A stretch of DNA of 33,690 nucleotides, from the NCBI GenBank assembly GCA_030039135.1, contig JASHQN010000059.1:1-33690 (forward strand), written 5' to 3'. The notes beneath the pieces are model-generated. The model saw only the letters and a list, made by a program, of their open reading frames with translations. It was not told the DNA's origin and did no database searches. The stretch's first letter is position 1, and every line of letters begins with the position of its first letter. The translations under genes and the position numbers were made by a program. Positions 7,553 to 15,995 of the stretch are shown piece by piece. This DNA is from Thermoplasmata archaeon. Lineage in GTDB: Archaea; Thermoplasmatota; Thermoplasmata; Lutacidiplasmatales; UBA184.

Positions 7553-8617
7553 GTGCGGATCCTGGTCGTAGATGACGACCCCGTTTTCCGCGAGGAGCTC
7601 GCCGAGCTCCTTCGGGACGACGGGCACGTCGCCACCGCCGCGCCTTCCGTGCCGAAGGCGATCGAGTTCCTCGAGCACGAAGAGGCCGACCTCGTGATCA
7701 CCGACCTCAAGATGCCCCGCCACGGAGGGCTCGACCTCCTTCGAGAGGTCCGCGCCCGCTGGCCCCGGACGCTGGTCGTGGTCGTCACGGGCTACGCCAC
7801 GGTCGAGACCGCGCTCGACGCGATGAAGATGGGGGCCTTCGACTACGTGCGGAAGCCGTTCCGCGTCGAACAGGTCCGCGAGACGCTTCGCCTGGCGGCG
7901 CAGGAGCACGAGTTCGAGTCCCCCCACGAGACCTACCGCGACCCCGTCCGAGAGGCGCGCGCGTTGGCCGCCTCGGGAAAGCACGAAGTGCTGTTCTTCG
8001 GGGAGCGGGCGCCGGCGGAAGCGCCCCACCTTCGCACCGCCCCCCTCGACCCGACGAACCCCGCAGAGCTCGTCGACCGGGCCGAGGCATTCATCGCAGA
8101 GCACCCCGACGCCGCGATCGTGATCGCCGGGGTCGAGCGGATGGTGGAAAACCATCGCCTCGAAGACATCGTCACGATCCTCGATCGGCTCCGAGAGGAC
8201 CTCGCCGGTCACGGGCCGTTGCGGGTCGGATTCAACCCGCGGCGGCTCCCTCCCGCGGTCGCGGCCGCGCTCGCCGGGGCTGTCGCCGCGGAGGAGACCC
8301 ATGCGACCCTCGAAGCGCTCGCGAACCCCATCCGTCGCCGTATCCTCCAGCGCCTAGAGGGAGCGCCGGCTTCCTTCGGAGAGACGATGGCGGCCGCGGG
8401 GCTCGACGATTCGCCGAAGATGGCGTTCCATCTGCGCCGCTTGGCCGAGACGGGCCTCATCCTCCACGAGGCGGAGACCTACCGTCTGACCGCCCGGGGG
8501 GAGGCGGTGGCCCGCCTGCTCTCGGACGCGACGTTCCTTCCGCCCGCGGACGACTCCGGGAACCTCGCCTTCCCCGGCCGCTCGACCCCGGGCGCGAAGC
8601 GGCCCCGGTCCCGTTAG
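7553..8617 (+). CDS. Response regulator: canonical receiver + DUF835-like middle domain + ArsR-type winged HTH
   Basis: Intact receiver (ILVVDDD, LVITDLKMP, VVVTGY, YVRKPF). The middle region AIVIAGVERMVENHRLEDIVTILDRLREDL resembles the DUF835 core as I remember it. The C-terminus LANPIRRRILQRL...SFGETMAAAGLDDSPKMAFHLRRLAETGLI is ArsR/SmtB-like. GTG start. Confidence 0.8.
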   Translation: MRILVVDDDPVFREELAELLRDDGHVATAAPSVPKAIEFLEHEEADLVITDLKMPRHGGLDLLREVRARWPRTLVVVVTGYATVETALDAMKMGAFDYVRKPFRVEQVRETLRLAAQEHEFESPHETYRDPVREARALAASGKHEVLFFGERAPAEAPHLRTAPLDPTNPAELVDRAEAFIAEHPDAAIVIAGVERMVENHRLEDIVTILDRLREDLAGHGPLRVGFNPRRLPPAVAAALAGAVAAEETHATLEALANPIRRRILQRLEGAPASFGETMAAAGLDDSPKMAFHLRRLAETGLILHEAETYRLTARGEAVARLLSDATFLPPADDSGNLAFPGRSTPGAKRPRSR

Positions 8618-8690
8618 GCGGCAGGGCTTACGCGGGGGCAACCGAGCCTTTAAGTTACCTAGGGTAATTGAGTGTACTGAGGAAACTCTC

Positions 8691-9566
8691 ATGCCCGAAC
8701 CTCCCCGCTCGATCATGCACCGCTTCCCCGGCGTCCCCACGCTGGAAGGGGCGGGAGTCCGCCTCCGCCGGTCGTTCTCGAACCCCGAGGTGCCGCTGTT
8801 CGATCCGTTCCTCCTGCTCGACCGCTTTGGCTCGTCGAACCCCGAGGACTACCTCGCGGGGTTCCCGTGGCACCCCCACCGTGGGATCGAGACGGTGACC
8901 TACGTGCTGGATGGGCGCGTCGAGCACGGGGATACGCTCGGCAACTCCGGGATCATCGGTTCCGGCGACGTCCAGTGGATGAACTCGGGCAGTGGGATCA
9001 TCCACCAGGAGATGCCCCAGCGGTCCGACGGCGGCATGTCGGGCTTCCAGTTGTGGGTGAACCTGCCCGCTCGCGAGAAGATGTCCGTACCCGCCTACCA
9101 CGGCCTCACGTCGAACGAGATCCCTGAGGTCACGAGCGACGCCGGCGACCGGGTCAAGGTCGTCGCCGGCTCCTTCGGACGCGTCGAAGGCCCGGTGCGC
9201 GGGATTCCGGTCGACCCCACCTACCTCGACGTCCGCGTGCCGCCGCACGGGACGTTCGAGCTACCGACCGTGCCGGGATACACCGTGTTCGCCCACGCGA
9301 TCGACGGGAGCGGATCGTTCGCGGGTACCGACCGGCGGCCCGTGGTCGGCGGAGAGACCGTGCTCTTCGGTCCCGGCGGGCCGGTCCGTGCCGAGGCGGG
9401 AGAGTCGGGGCTCCGGTTCCTCTTCGTCGAGGGCCGCCCGCTCCGCGAACCCGTGGCCTGGTACGGACCGATCGTGATGAACGATCGGTCCGAGCTCCTG
9501 ACCGCGGCACGAGAGCTGCGCAACGGCGAGTTCATCAAGCACCGTCGGCCGGTCGTCGAGGAGTAG
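8691..9566 (+). CDS. Pirin family protein (bicupin)
   Basis: FPWHPHRGIETVTYVLDGRVEHGDTLGN and DVQWMNSGSGIIHQEMP are classic pirin motifs, and the length is typical. The A/T-rich stretch 8648-8670 upstream is the most A/T-rich segment I saw in the window. Confidence 0.9.
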   Translation: MPEPPRSIMHRFPGVPTLEGAGVRLRRSFSNPEVPLFDPFLLLDRFGSSNPEDYLAGFPWHPHRGIETVTYVLDGRVEHGDTLGNSGIIGSGDVQWMNSGSGIIHQEMPQRSDGGMSGFQLWVNLPAREKMSVPAYHGLTSNEIPEVTSDAGDRVKVVAGSFGRVEGPVRGIPVDPTYLDVRVPPHGTFELPTVPGYTVFAHAIDGSGSFAGTDRRPVVGGETVLFGPGGPVRAEAGESGLRFLFVEGRPLREPVAWYGPIVMNDRSELLTAARELRNGEFIKHRRPVVEE

Positions 9567-10587
9567 TCGGTCCGCGGGACCCGGCGAGGCGTTCGAACGC
9601 GCTCGTGAGCACGGTGACCGCTCGCGTAAGCTCGTCGTCGGCGAGCGACTCGCGTGCCGTGTGATCGAGCCGGGAGTCTCCGGGACCGTAGGCAGCCGCC
9701 GGGACCTTCCAGGCCGGCGCGACCACGTTCAGGTCGGACGTCCCGCTCTTGCGCCAGAGCGTGGGCCGGGCGCCGAGGCCGCGGATCCCGTGCGCGAGCG
9801 CCACGACCGCCGGGTTCGCGCGCGGCACCTCGACCGGCTCGACCCGTATCCGAACCTGGATCCGGGGCCGCCCGGGCTCGGTCGGAAGGAGCGCGAGCAC
9901 GCTCCCGGTGGTCAATCCGGGCGGGAGACGGAAGTCGACCGTGACGCGGACGGTCTCCACGTCGCCGGTCCGTCGGGTATCGACCGCGACGACCTTCGCG
10001 GTGAGCGATTGGAACAGCGACTCCGTCTGACGCGCCGTCGCGAGCGCGCGTACGGCGGCCGACCAATCGAGGGCGACGTCCGTCGTGGTCGGGGTGGGCG
10101 AGGAGTAGTGGGTGCGTCGCCCTCGGAACGTTGCGGTGAGCTGAAGCTCCCCCTTGTATCCGATCGTCACCCCGTCCCAGCGACTGGGTTCGCCGACGAT
10201 CACGACGTCCGGAGCGGGACCGGATAGGAGATGCACAGCCCCCCGGCTGTCGACCTCTTCGCCCACCGCCGCGACCACGACCAGCGAACCGGGGCCCGCG
10301 AACCGCGTGCCGGCGCAGAGGGCGGCGGCGAGGGACCCCTTCGCGTCGACCGCGCCCCGACCGTGGGTGCGCCCGCCGCCGCGGCGTGCGGGGCGCTCGC
10401 CTTCGACGGTGTCGATGTGGCCCAGGAAGCAGATCCGGGGTCGTCCGCGGCCACGTCGCGCGATCCCGTTCCCGGCGCGGTCGATCGAGGCCGAGTACCC
10501 GAGACCCCGCGCGATCGCACAGAACTCCCGGACCGCGCCGCGCTCACGTCCCGAAGGACTGTACCGGCGCAGGAGGCGCAGCAGCAC
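9535..10587 (-). CDS. lysK: [LysW]-lysine/ornithine hydrolase (M20 deacylase, LysK/ArgE type)
   Basis: M20 peptidase features (SPSGRE..., ICFLGHIDTV, AVDAKG, VGEEVDSRG). It is the last gene of the lysW operon. GTG start 1 nt after the lysJ stop. Its 3' end overlaps the convergent pirin gene by 32 nt. Confidence 0.8.
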   Translation of the reverse strand: MLLRLLRRYSPSGRERGAVREFCAIARGLGYSASIDRAGNGIARRGRGRPRICFLGHIDTVEGERPARRGGGRTHGRGAVDAKGSLAAALCAGTRFAGPGSLVVVAAVGEEVDSRGAVHLLSGPAPDVVIVGEPSRWDGVTIGYKGELQLTATFRGRRTHYSSPTPTTTDVALDWSAAVRALATARQTESLFQSLTAKVVAVDTRRTGDVETVRVTVDFRLPPGLTTGSVLALLPTEPGRPRIQVRIRVEPVEVPRANPAVVALAHGIRGLGARPTLWRKSGTSDLNVVAPAWKVPAAAYGPGDSRLDHTARESLADDELTRAVTVLTSAFERLAGSRGPTTPRRPADGA

Positions 10588-10588
10588 G

Positions 10589-11755
10589 TCAGCGGGCTCC
10601 GTGAACGATCACCTCCGCGATCGCGTCGAGGCCGTTGTGCCAGTCGTCCTCTCCGATGACGAGCGGGGGCAGGAGCCGAAGCACCGTCGCGCCGGCCGGG
10701 ATCGCCAGGTACCCCTTCGCTTCGAGCGCGCGCAGGTAGGGGGCGACCTTCTCGCGGAGCTCGATGCCGATCAGTAGGCCCTGCCCCCGGACCTCGCGGA
10801 CCCGTTCTTCGGGCAGCTCGGAGAGCCTCGCCATGGCGAGCGCCCCGAGGCGCTCGGCCCGCTCGGCGAGGCGCTCGCGGACGGTGACGTCGAGCGCGGC
10901 GATCCCGGCGGCGCACGCGAGGGGATTCCCGCCGAACGTCGAGTGGTGGGTCCCGCGGAAGCGGGCCTCGACCTCGGTGGACGTGACGGTGGCGCCGATC
11001 GGCACCCCCCCGGCCAGCGACTTCGCGAGCGTGAGGAGGTCCGGCACGACCCCCGAGTGCTCGAACGCGAAGAGCCGGCCGGTCCGAGCGATGCCGGTCT
11101 GCACCTCGTCGAACGCGAGCAGGGCGCCGGAACGATCGGCGATCGACCGAGCCGCTCGGAGGTACTCGCTCGTCGCGACGTGGACCCCGCCCTCGCCCTG
11201 GACCGGCTCGAGGAGGATGAGCCCGGTAGAACCATCGACGGCGCGCTCGAGCGCCGAGGCGTCGTTGAACGGGACGTGCGAAAACCCGGGGACGAGCGGT
11301 TCGAACGGCTCGCGGAGCTCCCGTCGCCACGTCGCGCTGAGCGCGCCGAGCGTCCGGCCGTGGAACCCGCGCATCGCGGCGACGACGCCGGATCGACCGG
11401 TCGCGCTCCGCGCGATTTTGATCGCGGCCTCGACCGCCTCGGTCCCCGAATTCGAGAGAAACACCCGACCGAACGAGGGTGGCAGGAGCCCGAGCAGCTT
11501 TTCGAGGAACGCCGTGCGCACCGGGTTGCCGTACCCGCTGCCGAGATAGAGAAGGGTCCGGGCCTGCTCCGCGACCGCCGCGGCGATGTCCGGATGGGCC
11601 GCGCCGAGGCTCCCTGCGCCGTGCGTTGCGCCGAGGTCGACATAGCGACGGCCCTGCTCGTCCCAAAGTCCCGCCTTGTCGCCCCGCACGATCGTCAGCC
11701 GTCGCGCACCACCGCTACCGAACTCGATCGACGGCCGCGCGGTCGAGTCGCTCAT
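10589..11755 (-). CDS. lysJ: [LysW]-aminoadipate semialdehyde / acetylornithine-type aminotransferase (class III PLP)
   Basis: Trimmed from the 525-aa track ORF to MSDSTARPSIEF..., which forms an ATGA overlap with the lysZ stop. Class III aminotransferase motifs SNSGTEAVEAAIK, DEVQTGIARTG and the PLP-lysine region TLAKSLAGGVPIGA. Confidence 0.85.
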   Translation of the reverse strand: MSDSTARPSIEFGSGGARRLTIVRGDKAGLWDEQGRRYVDLGATHGAGSLGAAHPDIAAAVAEQARTLLYLGSGYGNPVRTAFLEKLLGLLPPSFGRVFLSNSGTEAVEAAIKIARSATGRSGVVAAMRGFHGRTLGALSATWRRELREPFEPLVPGFSHVPFNDASALERAVDGSTGLILLEPVQGEGGVHVATSEYLRAARSIADRSGALLAFDEVQTGIARTGRLFAFEHSGVVPDLLTLAKSLAGGVPIGATVTSTEVEARFRGTHHSTFGGNPLACAAGIAALDVTVRERLAERAERLGALAMARLSELPEERVREVRGQGLLIGIELREKVAPYLRALEAKGYLAIPAGATVLRLLPPLVIGEDDWHNGLDAIAEVIVHGAR

Positions 11756-12546
11756 GAGAAGACCGTCCCCTCCCCGGCGAGCGCGTGGCTTACCGGGCCA
11801 TCGACCTGGGACGAGGCGATCACGACCCGGCCCACTCCGCCCGCGAGGGCGCGCTGCGCGGCGAGCACTTTCTTGCGCATACGCCCTTCGGCGAACGGCA
11901 GCACGGCGTCGATCTCGGAGCGATCGACTCGGCGGACCAGGCTCGCCGGGTCGGACACGTCGCGAAGGAGGCCCGGGACGTTCGTGAGCAGGACGAGCGC
12001 ATCGGCCCCGAGCGCGACCGCGACCTCGGCGGCAATGCGGTCGGCGTCGACGTTGACGATCTCGCCCTGTGCGGTGATCGCCGGCGGACCGATCACGGGC
12101 ACGCAGCCCAGGCCCGCGATCCCGCGCAATAGCTCGCCGTCGACCCGCGTGATCGTGCCGGACCAATCGTCGCGAACGTGGACCACCCGCTCTCCAAGGA
12201 CCGCCCGAACCCCGTGCTTGCGCTCCGCGAGGACGAGCCGGCCATCGACCCCCGAGAGGCCCACGGCGCGGACGCCCCTCCGCGCGAACGCCGCCACGGC
12301 TTCGGTCTGGACGGTTCCGGCGAGCGCCATCACCACGGTCGCGAGCTGCGCCGGATCGTTGTGCCGCGAGACGACCCCGCTCGGCGACGTGAGGTACTCC
12401 GAGGGGTGGCCGAGCGCTTCCGCGAGACGATCGACCGACTCCGAACCGCCGTGAACGAGGACGTAATCCGTTCGGGAGACGAGGTCCGAAACGACCGGGT
12501 CGAGCCGGTTCCCGAGGGCCCCGCCCACCTTGACGACGATCGTCAT
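11752..12546 (-). CDS. lysZ: [LysW]-aminoadipate/glutamate kinase (amino-acid kinase family, LysZ/ArgB type)
   Basis: Trimmed to MTIVVKVGGALG..., with cat at 12544-12546. Amino-acid kinase family features (VVKVGG, VLVHGGS, NVDAD). Operon position between lysY and lysJ. Confidence 0.85.
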   Translation of the reverse strand: MTIVVKVGGALGNRLDPVVSDLVSRTDYVLVHGGSESVDRLAEALGHPSEYLTSPSGVVSRHNDPAQLATVVMALAGTVQTEAVAAFARRGVRAVGLSGVDGRLVLAERKHGVRAVLGERVVHVRDDWSGTITRVDGELLRGIAGLGCVPVIGPPAITAQGEIVNVDADRIAAEVAVALGADALVLLTNVPGLLRDVSDPASLVRRVDRSEIDAVLPFAEGRMRKKVLAAQRALAGGVGRVVIASSQVDGPVSHALAGEGTVFS

Positions 12547-12554
12547 CGAGCGCT

Positions 12555-13580
12555 CTAGATCGGGTGGAGACCGGGGAAATCGAGCCCCGTCGTTTCCGGG
12601 AACCCGGCCCGGAGGTTGAGGCACTGCACCGCGTTCCCCGCGGCCCCCTTCATCAGATTGTCCAGCGCGGCAATCGCCACGATCCGCTCGGCATGGGCAT
12701 CGGCGGCGAAGCCGAGATCGCAATAGTTGGTGCCGGCGAGGATCTTAGGCTCCGGCTCCCGGTGGATCCCGTCCGTCTCGTGGACGATCCGTACGAACGG
12801 TTCCGAGCCGTAGGCGGCCCGGTAGGTCCGCCAAAGGTCCTTCTCGTCCACCGGCCGGGTGCGGAAGGCGTGGCACGTGGCGAGCACCCCCCGGACGGCT
12901 TCGACCGCGTGGCAAGAAAGGGCCACCCGTACGCCGGTCTCCTGCTCGATTTCGGCAGTATGGCGGTGTCCGGCGGGGGCGTACGCCCGCATGACCCCCG
13001 ACCGCTCCGCATGAAGCCCCGCCGGTCCGGAGTCTTGGCCGCTGGCGGACGAACCGCTCTTCGCGTCGACCACGACGTGGGCCGGGTCGATGAGCGACGC
13101 GGCGACGAGCGGGCGGAGGGCGAGGATCGAGGCGGTCGCGATGCACCCGGGCACGGCGATCAGCCGCGCGGACCGGATCGCGTCGCGATGGACCTCGGGG
13201 AGCCCGTAGACCGCTTCGGCGAGGAGCTCCGGGTGGGGGTGCTGCCGCCCGTAGTAGGCCGGGTATTGGGCGGGGTCGTGGAGCCGGTAGTCCGCGGAGA
13301 GGTCAATCACGGTCCCGTCGGCACCGAGGAGCCCGGGGACCCGCTCCATCGATCCGCCGTGGGGCGTGGCAAGGAACGTGATGTCCGCGGCCCGGAGGGC
13401 GGAGTGGGGTGCGAACGTGAGGGACGTCCACTTCCGAAGGTTCGGGTGAGCCCGTCCGACCGCTTTTCCGGCCAAGGTGTCGGAGGTGACCTGGTCGACC
13501 TCGACGCCCGGATGGCGGAGCAGGAGCCGCAGAAGCTCTCCGCCCACGTAACCCGAGCCGCCGACGATCGCGACCTTCAT
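12555..13580 (-). CDS. lysY: [LysW]-aminoadipyl/glutamyl-phosphate reductase (LysY/ArgC type)
   Basis: Trimmed to MKVAIVGGSGYVGGELLRLL... Catalytic-Cys region AVPGCIATAS. ATGA overlap with the lysX stop at 13577-13580. Confidence 0.85.
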   Translation of the reverse strand: MKVAIVGGSGYVGGELLRLLLRHPGVEVDQVTSDTLAGKAVGRAHPNLRKWTSLTFAPHSALRAADITFLATPHGGSMERVPGLLGADGTVIDLSADYRLHDPAQYPAYYGRQHPHPELLAEAVYGLPEVHRDAIRSARLIAVPGCIATASILALRPLVAASLIDPAHVVVDAKSGSSASGQDSGPAGLHAERSGVMRAYAPAGHRHTAEIEQETGVRVALSCHAVEAVRGVLATCHAFRTRPVDEKDLWRTYRAAYGSEPFVRIVHETDGIHREPEPKILAGTNYCDLGFAADAHAERIVAIAALDNLMKGAAGNAVQCLNLRAGFPETTGLDFPGLHPI

Positions 13581-14428
13581 CGCCGGCCCACCTCGATGGC
13601 GTACTCGACGATGGCCCCCGCGATGTCGGCGCCCGTCGTGGCGCCGAGGGCCTTGAACTCGGGTGTTGGGTTGACCTCGTGCACGACAAGGCCACCGGGC
13701 GACTCCATGAGGTCGACCGCGAGCACCCCACCTCCCATCGCGGCCGCCGCGCGGAGCGCGAGCTCGGTGAGCTCGGGGGTCAGCGGGAGCGGCTCGGTCG
13801 TCGCCCCACGCGCGGCGTTCGTGCGCCAGGCGCTCGATCGCCGGTACATCCCGGCGATCGCCCGATCCCCGACGACGAAGACCCGGAGGTCCCGCCCCGG
13901 CTTCGGAACGAACTCTTGGACGTAGAACACCGAGTGGACCGGCGACGGAAGCGCGCTCTTGTGCTCGAGGATCTGCTCGGCCTCTTCCGGCGAGGAGACC
14001 TTCGCCATCAGCCGTCCCCACGAACCGATCGCGGGCTTCAGCACCGCCGGGTATCCGATCCGCTCGATCGCCCGCAGCGCCGCCTCGGGCGAGAGCGCGA
14101 TGACGGTCTTCGGCGTCGGGACGCCGCGTTCGGCGAGTCGGAGGGATGCCCGGATCTTGTCCCCGGCGAGCTCCGTCACCTCGGGCGCATTGACGACCGG
14201 GATCCCGTAGTGGGCGAAGCACCACGCGGCATAGACGGACCGCGTGTGACTCACGGAACGGTCAACGACGACGTCGGCGAGGAGGTCGGGCCCTTCGAGA
14301 CCGAACGTCACCTCGGCGTCGTCGAGGCGAACGACCTCAAGGCCCCGCGATGCCGCGGCCGCGAGGAGGGCCTTCTCCTCGGGGCGGACGATCGTGTAGA
14401 AGACCCCGAACCGGAACCCGTCACTCAC
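13577..14428 (-). CDS. lysX: RimK-type ATP-grasp ligase attaching the amino acid to LysW (LysX/ArgX)
   Basis: About 283 aa with an ATP-grasp layout (FGVFYTIVRPEEK..., YPAVLKPAIGSWGR, YVQEF, LAVDLME). GTG start at 14428, lying inside the last 8 nt of lysW. Confidence 0.85.
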   Translation of the reverse strand: MSDGFRFGVFYTIVRPEEKALLAAAASRGLEVVRLDDAEVTFGLEGPDLLADVVVDRSVSHTRSVYAAWCFAHYGIPVVNAPEVTELAGDKIRASLRLAERGVPTPKTVIALSPEAALRAIERIGYPAVLKPAIGSWGRLMAKVSSPEEAEQILEHKSALPSPVHSVFYVQEFVPKPGRDLRVFVVGDRAIAGMYRRSSAWRTNAARGATTEPLPLTPELTELALRAAAAMGGGVLAVDLMESPGGLVVHEVNPTPEFKALGATTGADIAGAIVEYAIEVGRR

Positions 14429-14582
14429 CCCAGTCCTCGGCCTCTTTCGGGGCAGGCTGGACGGAGAACGGCTCGGTACCGAGCACCTCGAGCTCGGTGC
14501 CGCAGTCGGGACAGGGGAACACTTCGCCCAACACCTTGTCGTGGCTCTCGACGATCGCTGCGCATTCTGGGCATTCGGTCAT
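14421..14582 (-). CDS. lysW: Amino-group carrier protein LysW (53 aa, absent from the supplied ORF track)
   Basis: Reverse complement reads MTECPECAAIVESHDKVLGEVFPCPDCGTELEVLGTEPFSVQPAPKEAEDWGE*. It has two CxxC pairs (zinc ribbon) and the hallmark acidic EDWGE C-terminus. The ATG overlaps the argH stop (ATGA). Confidence 0.9.
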   Translation of the reverse strand: MTECPECAAIVESHDKVLGEVFPCPDCGTELEVLGTEPFSVQPAPKEAEDWGE

Positions 14583-15994
14583 TTCTCTACCTCGTTCAGG
14601 AGTTCCTCGATCAGCTCGACCTTGCGGCCGAGCGAGGACAGGGTTTCGGAGCGCGCGGTCCGACGTTCCCGCGCGTGCGCGATCTGGGTCGCCACCGCCT
14701 TCGGACCCGGTCCGCCGGGGGAGGCCCGGCGACCGAGCGCGAGCGGGGGGTCGTGATCGTACGATCCGGACCCTGTAGGAAGGGCGGCCGGAGTCCCGGC
14801 TGCGTAAGCGGCGGTCACGGTGGCGTGAGCCTCTCGGAAGGGCACGCCCGAGGCAACGAGAGCCTCGGCTCGATCGGTGGCATAGAGCTCGGCGTCCCCG
14901 CTCGCGGCAGCGAGCGCCGCCGGTGCAAACCGCATCCCGTCGACCAGCTCCGACAGCGCTCCCACCACGCCCTCGACGGTAGCGAGTGCGTCGGCGACGG
15001 GAGCCTTGTCCTCCTGGAGATCACGGTTGTACGCGAGCGGCAGCCCTTTGAGCACCGTCAGCAAGGCGACGAGGTCCCCGATCGCCCGCCCGGCCTTCCC
15101 ACGGACGAGCTCGGCGATGTCGGGGTTCCGCTTCTGGGGCATCAGGCTGCTTCCGGCACCGAGCGCCGGGCTGCGTTCGAGGAATCCGAACTCCTGCGAC
15201 GCGAACACCACCACCTCTTCCCCGAAGCTGCTCGCGTGCACGGCGACCAGCGCGAGATCGAAGAGGAACTCGGCGAGCGGGTCCCGATCGCTGACGGCGT
15301 CGAGCGAGTTCTCGAACGCCCCATCGAATCCGAGACGGGAGGCGACGTACGCCGGGTCGATCGGCAGGGTCGAGCCGGCCAGAGCTCCGGCGCCGAGCGG
15401 GGAAGTGTTCGCGCGCCGGGCCAAGTCGATCAGCCGGTCGAGGTCCCGGTCGAACCGCCAGAAGTGGGCGAGGAACCAGTGCGCGACGCTGACGAGCTGG
15501 GCCCGCTGCAGATGGGTGTACCCCGGGAGCGGGACGTCGACCGCGAGATCCGCGCGCTGCAGCAGGCGACGTTCCAGCTCGAGGAGCGCCGTGGCCACGT
15601 CGAGGATGGCCGAGCGCAGGTAGAGCCGCTCGTCCAGCGCCACCTGATCGTTCCGGCTGCGCGCCGTATGGAGCTTACCGCCCACCGGACCGAGCAGTTC
15701 CGTGACGCGAACTTCGATGTTCGTGTGGACGTCCTCCAGGTCTTCCCGCCAAGGGAAGGAGCCATCCCGGATCTCGCGAGCGACCGTACGGAGACCAGCG
15801 ACTAACTCGGAGGTCTCGGACGGCGAGAGGATCCCGACCCGACCGAGCATCTCCGCGTGGGCGATGCTCCCGGCGACGTCGTAGCGGGCGAGCGGGCGAT
15901 CGACGGAGAGAGAATTGAGGAACCGAGCCCCCGGGGTCCGGACATACGACGGCGGAGGCGATCCCGCACCCGACACCGACACGGCAGCGGCCAC
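14579..15994 (-). CDS. argH: Argininosuccinate lyase
   Basis: Fumarate-lyase signature GSSLMPQKRNPD, SIAHAEMLGRVGIL and TARSRNDQVA. GTG start 1 nt after the argG stop. Confidence 0.9.
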   Translation of the reverse strand: MAAAVSVSGAGSPPPSYVRTPGARFLNSLSVDRPLARYDVAGSIAHAEMLGRVGILSPSETSELVAGLRTVAREIRDGSFPWREDLEDVHTNIEVRVTELLGPVGGKLHTARSRNDQVALDERLYLRSAILDVATALLELERRLLQRADLAVDVPLPGYTHLQRAQLVSVAHWFLAHFWRFDRDLDRLIDLARRANTSPLGAGALAGSTLPIDPAYVASRLGFDGAFENSLDAVSDRDPLAEFLFDLALVAVHASSFGEEVVVFASQEFGFLERSPALGAGSSLMPQKRNPDIAELVRGKAGRAIGDLVALLTVLKGLPLAYNRDLQEDKAPVADALATVEGVVGALSELVDGMRFAPAALAAASGDAELYATDRAEALVASGVPFREAHATVTAAYAAGTPAALPTGSGSYDHDPPLALGRRASPGGPGPKAVATQIAHARERRTARSETLSSLGRKVELIEELLNEVEK

Positions 15995-15995
15995 C

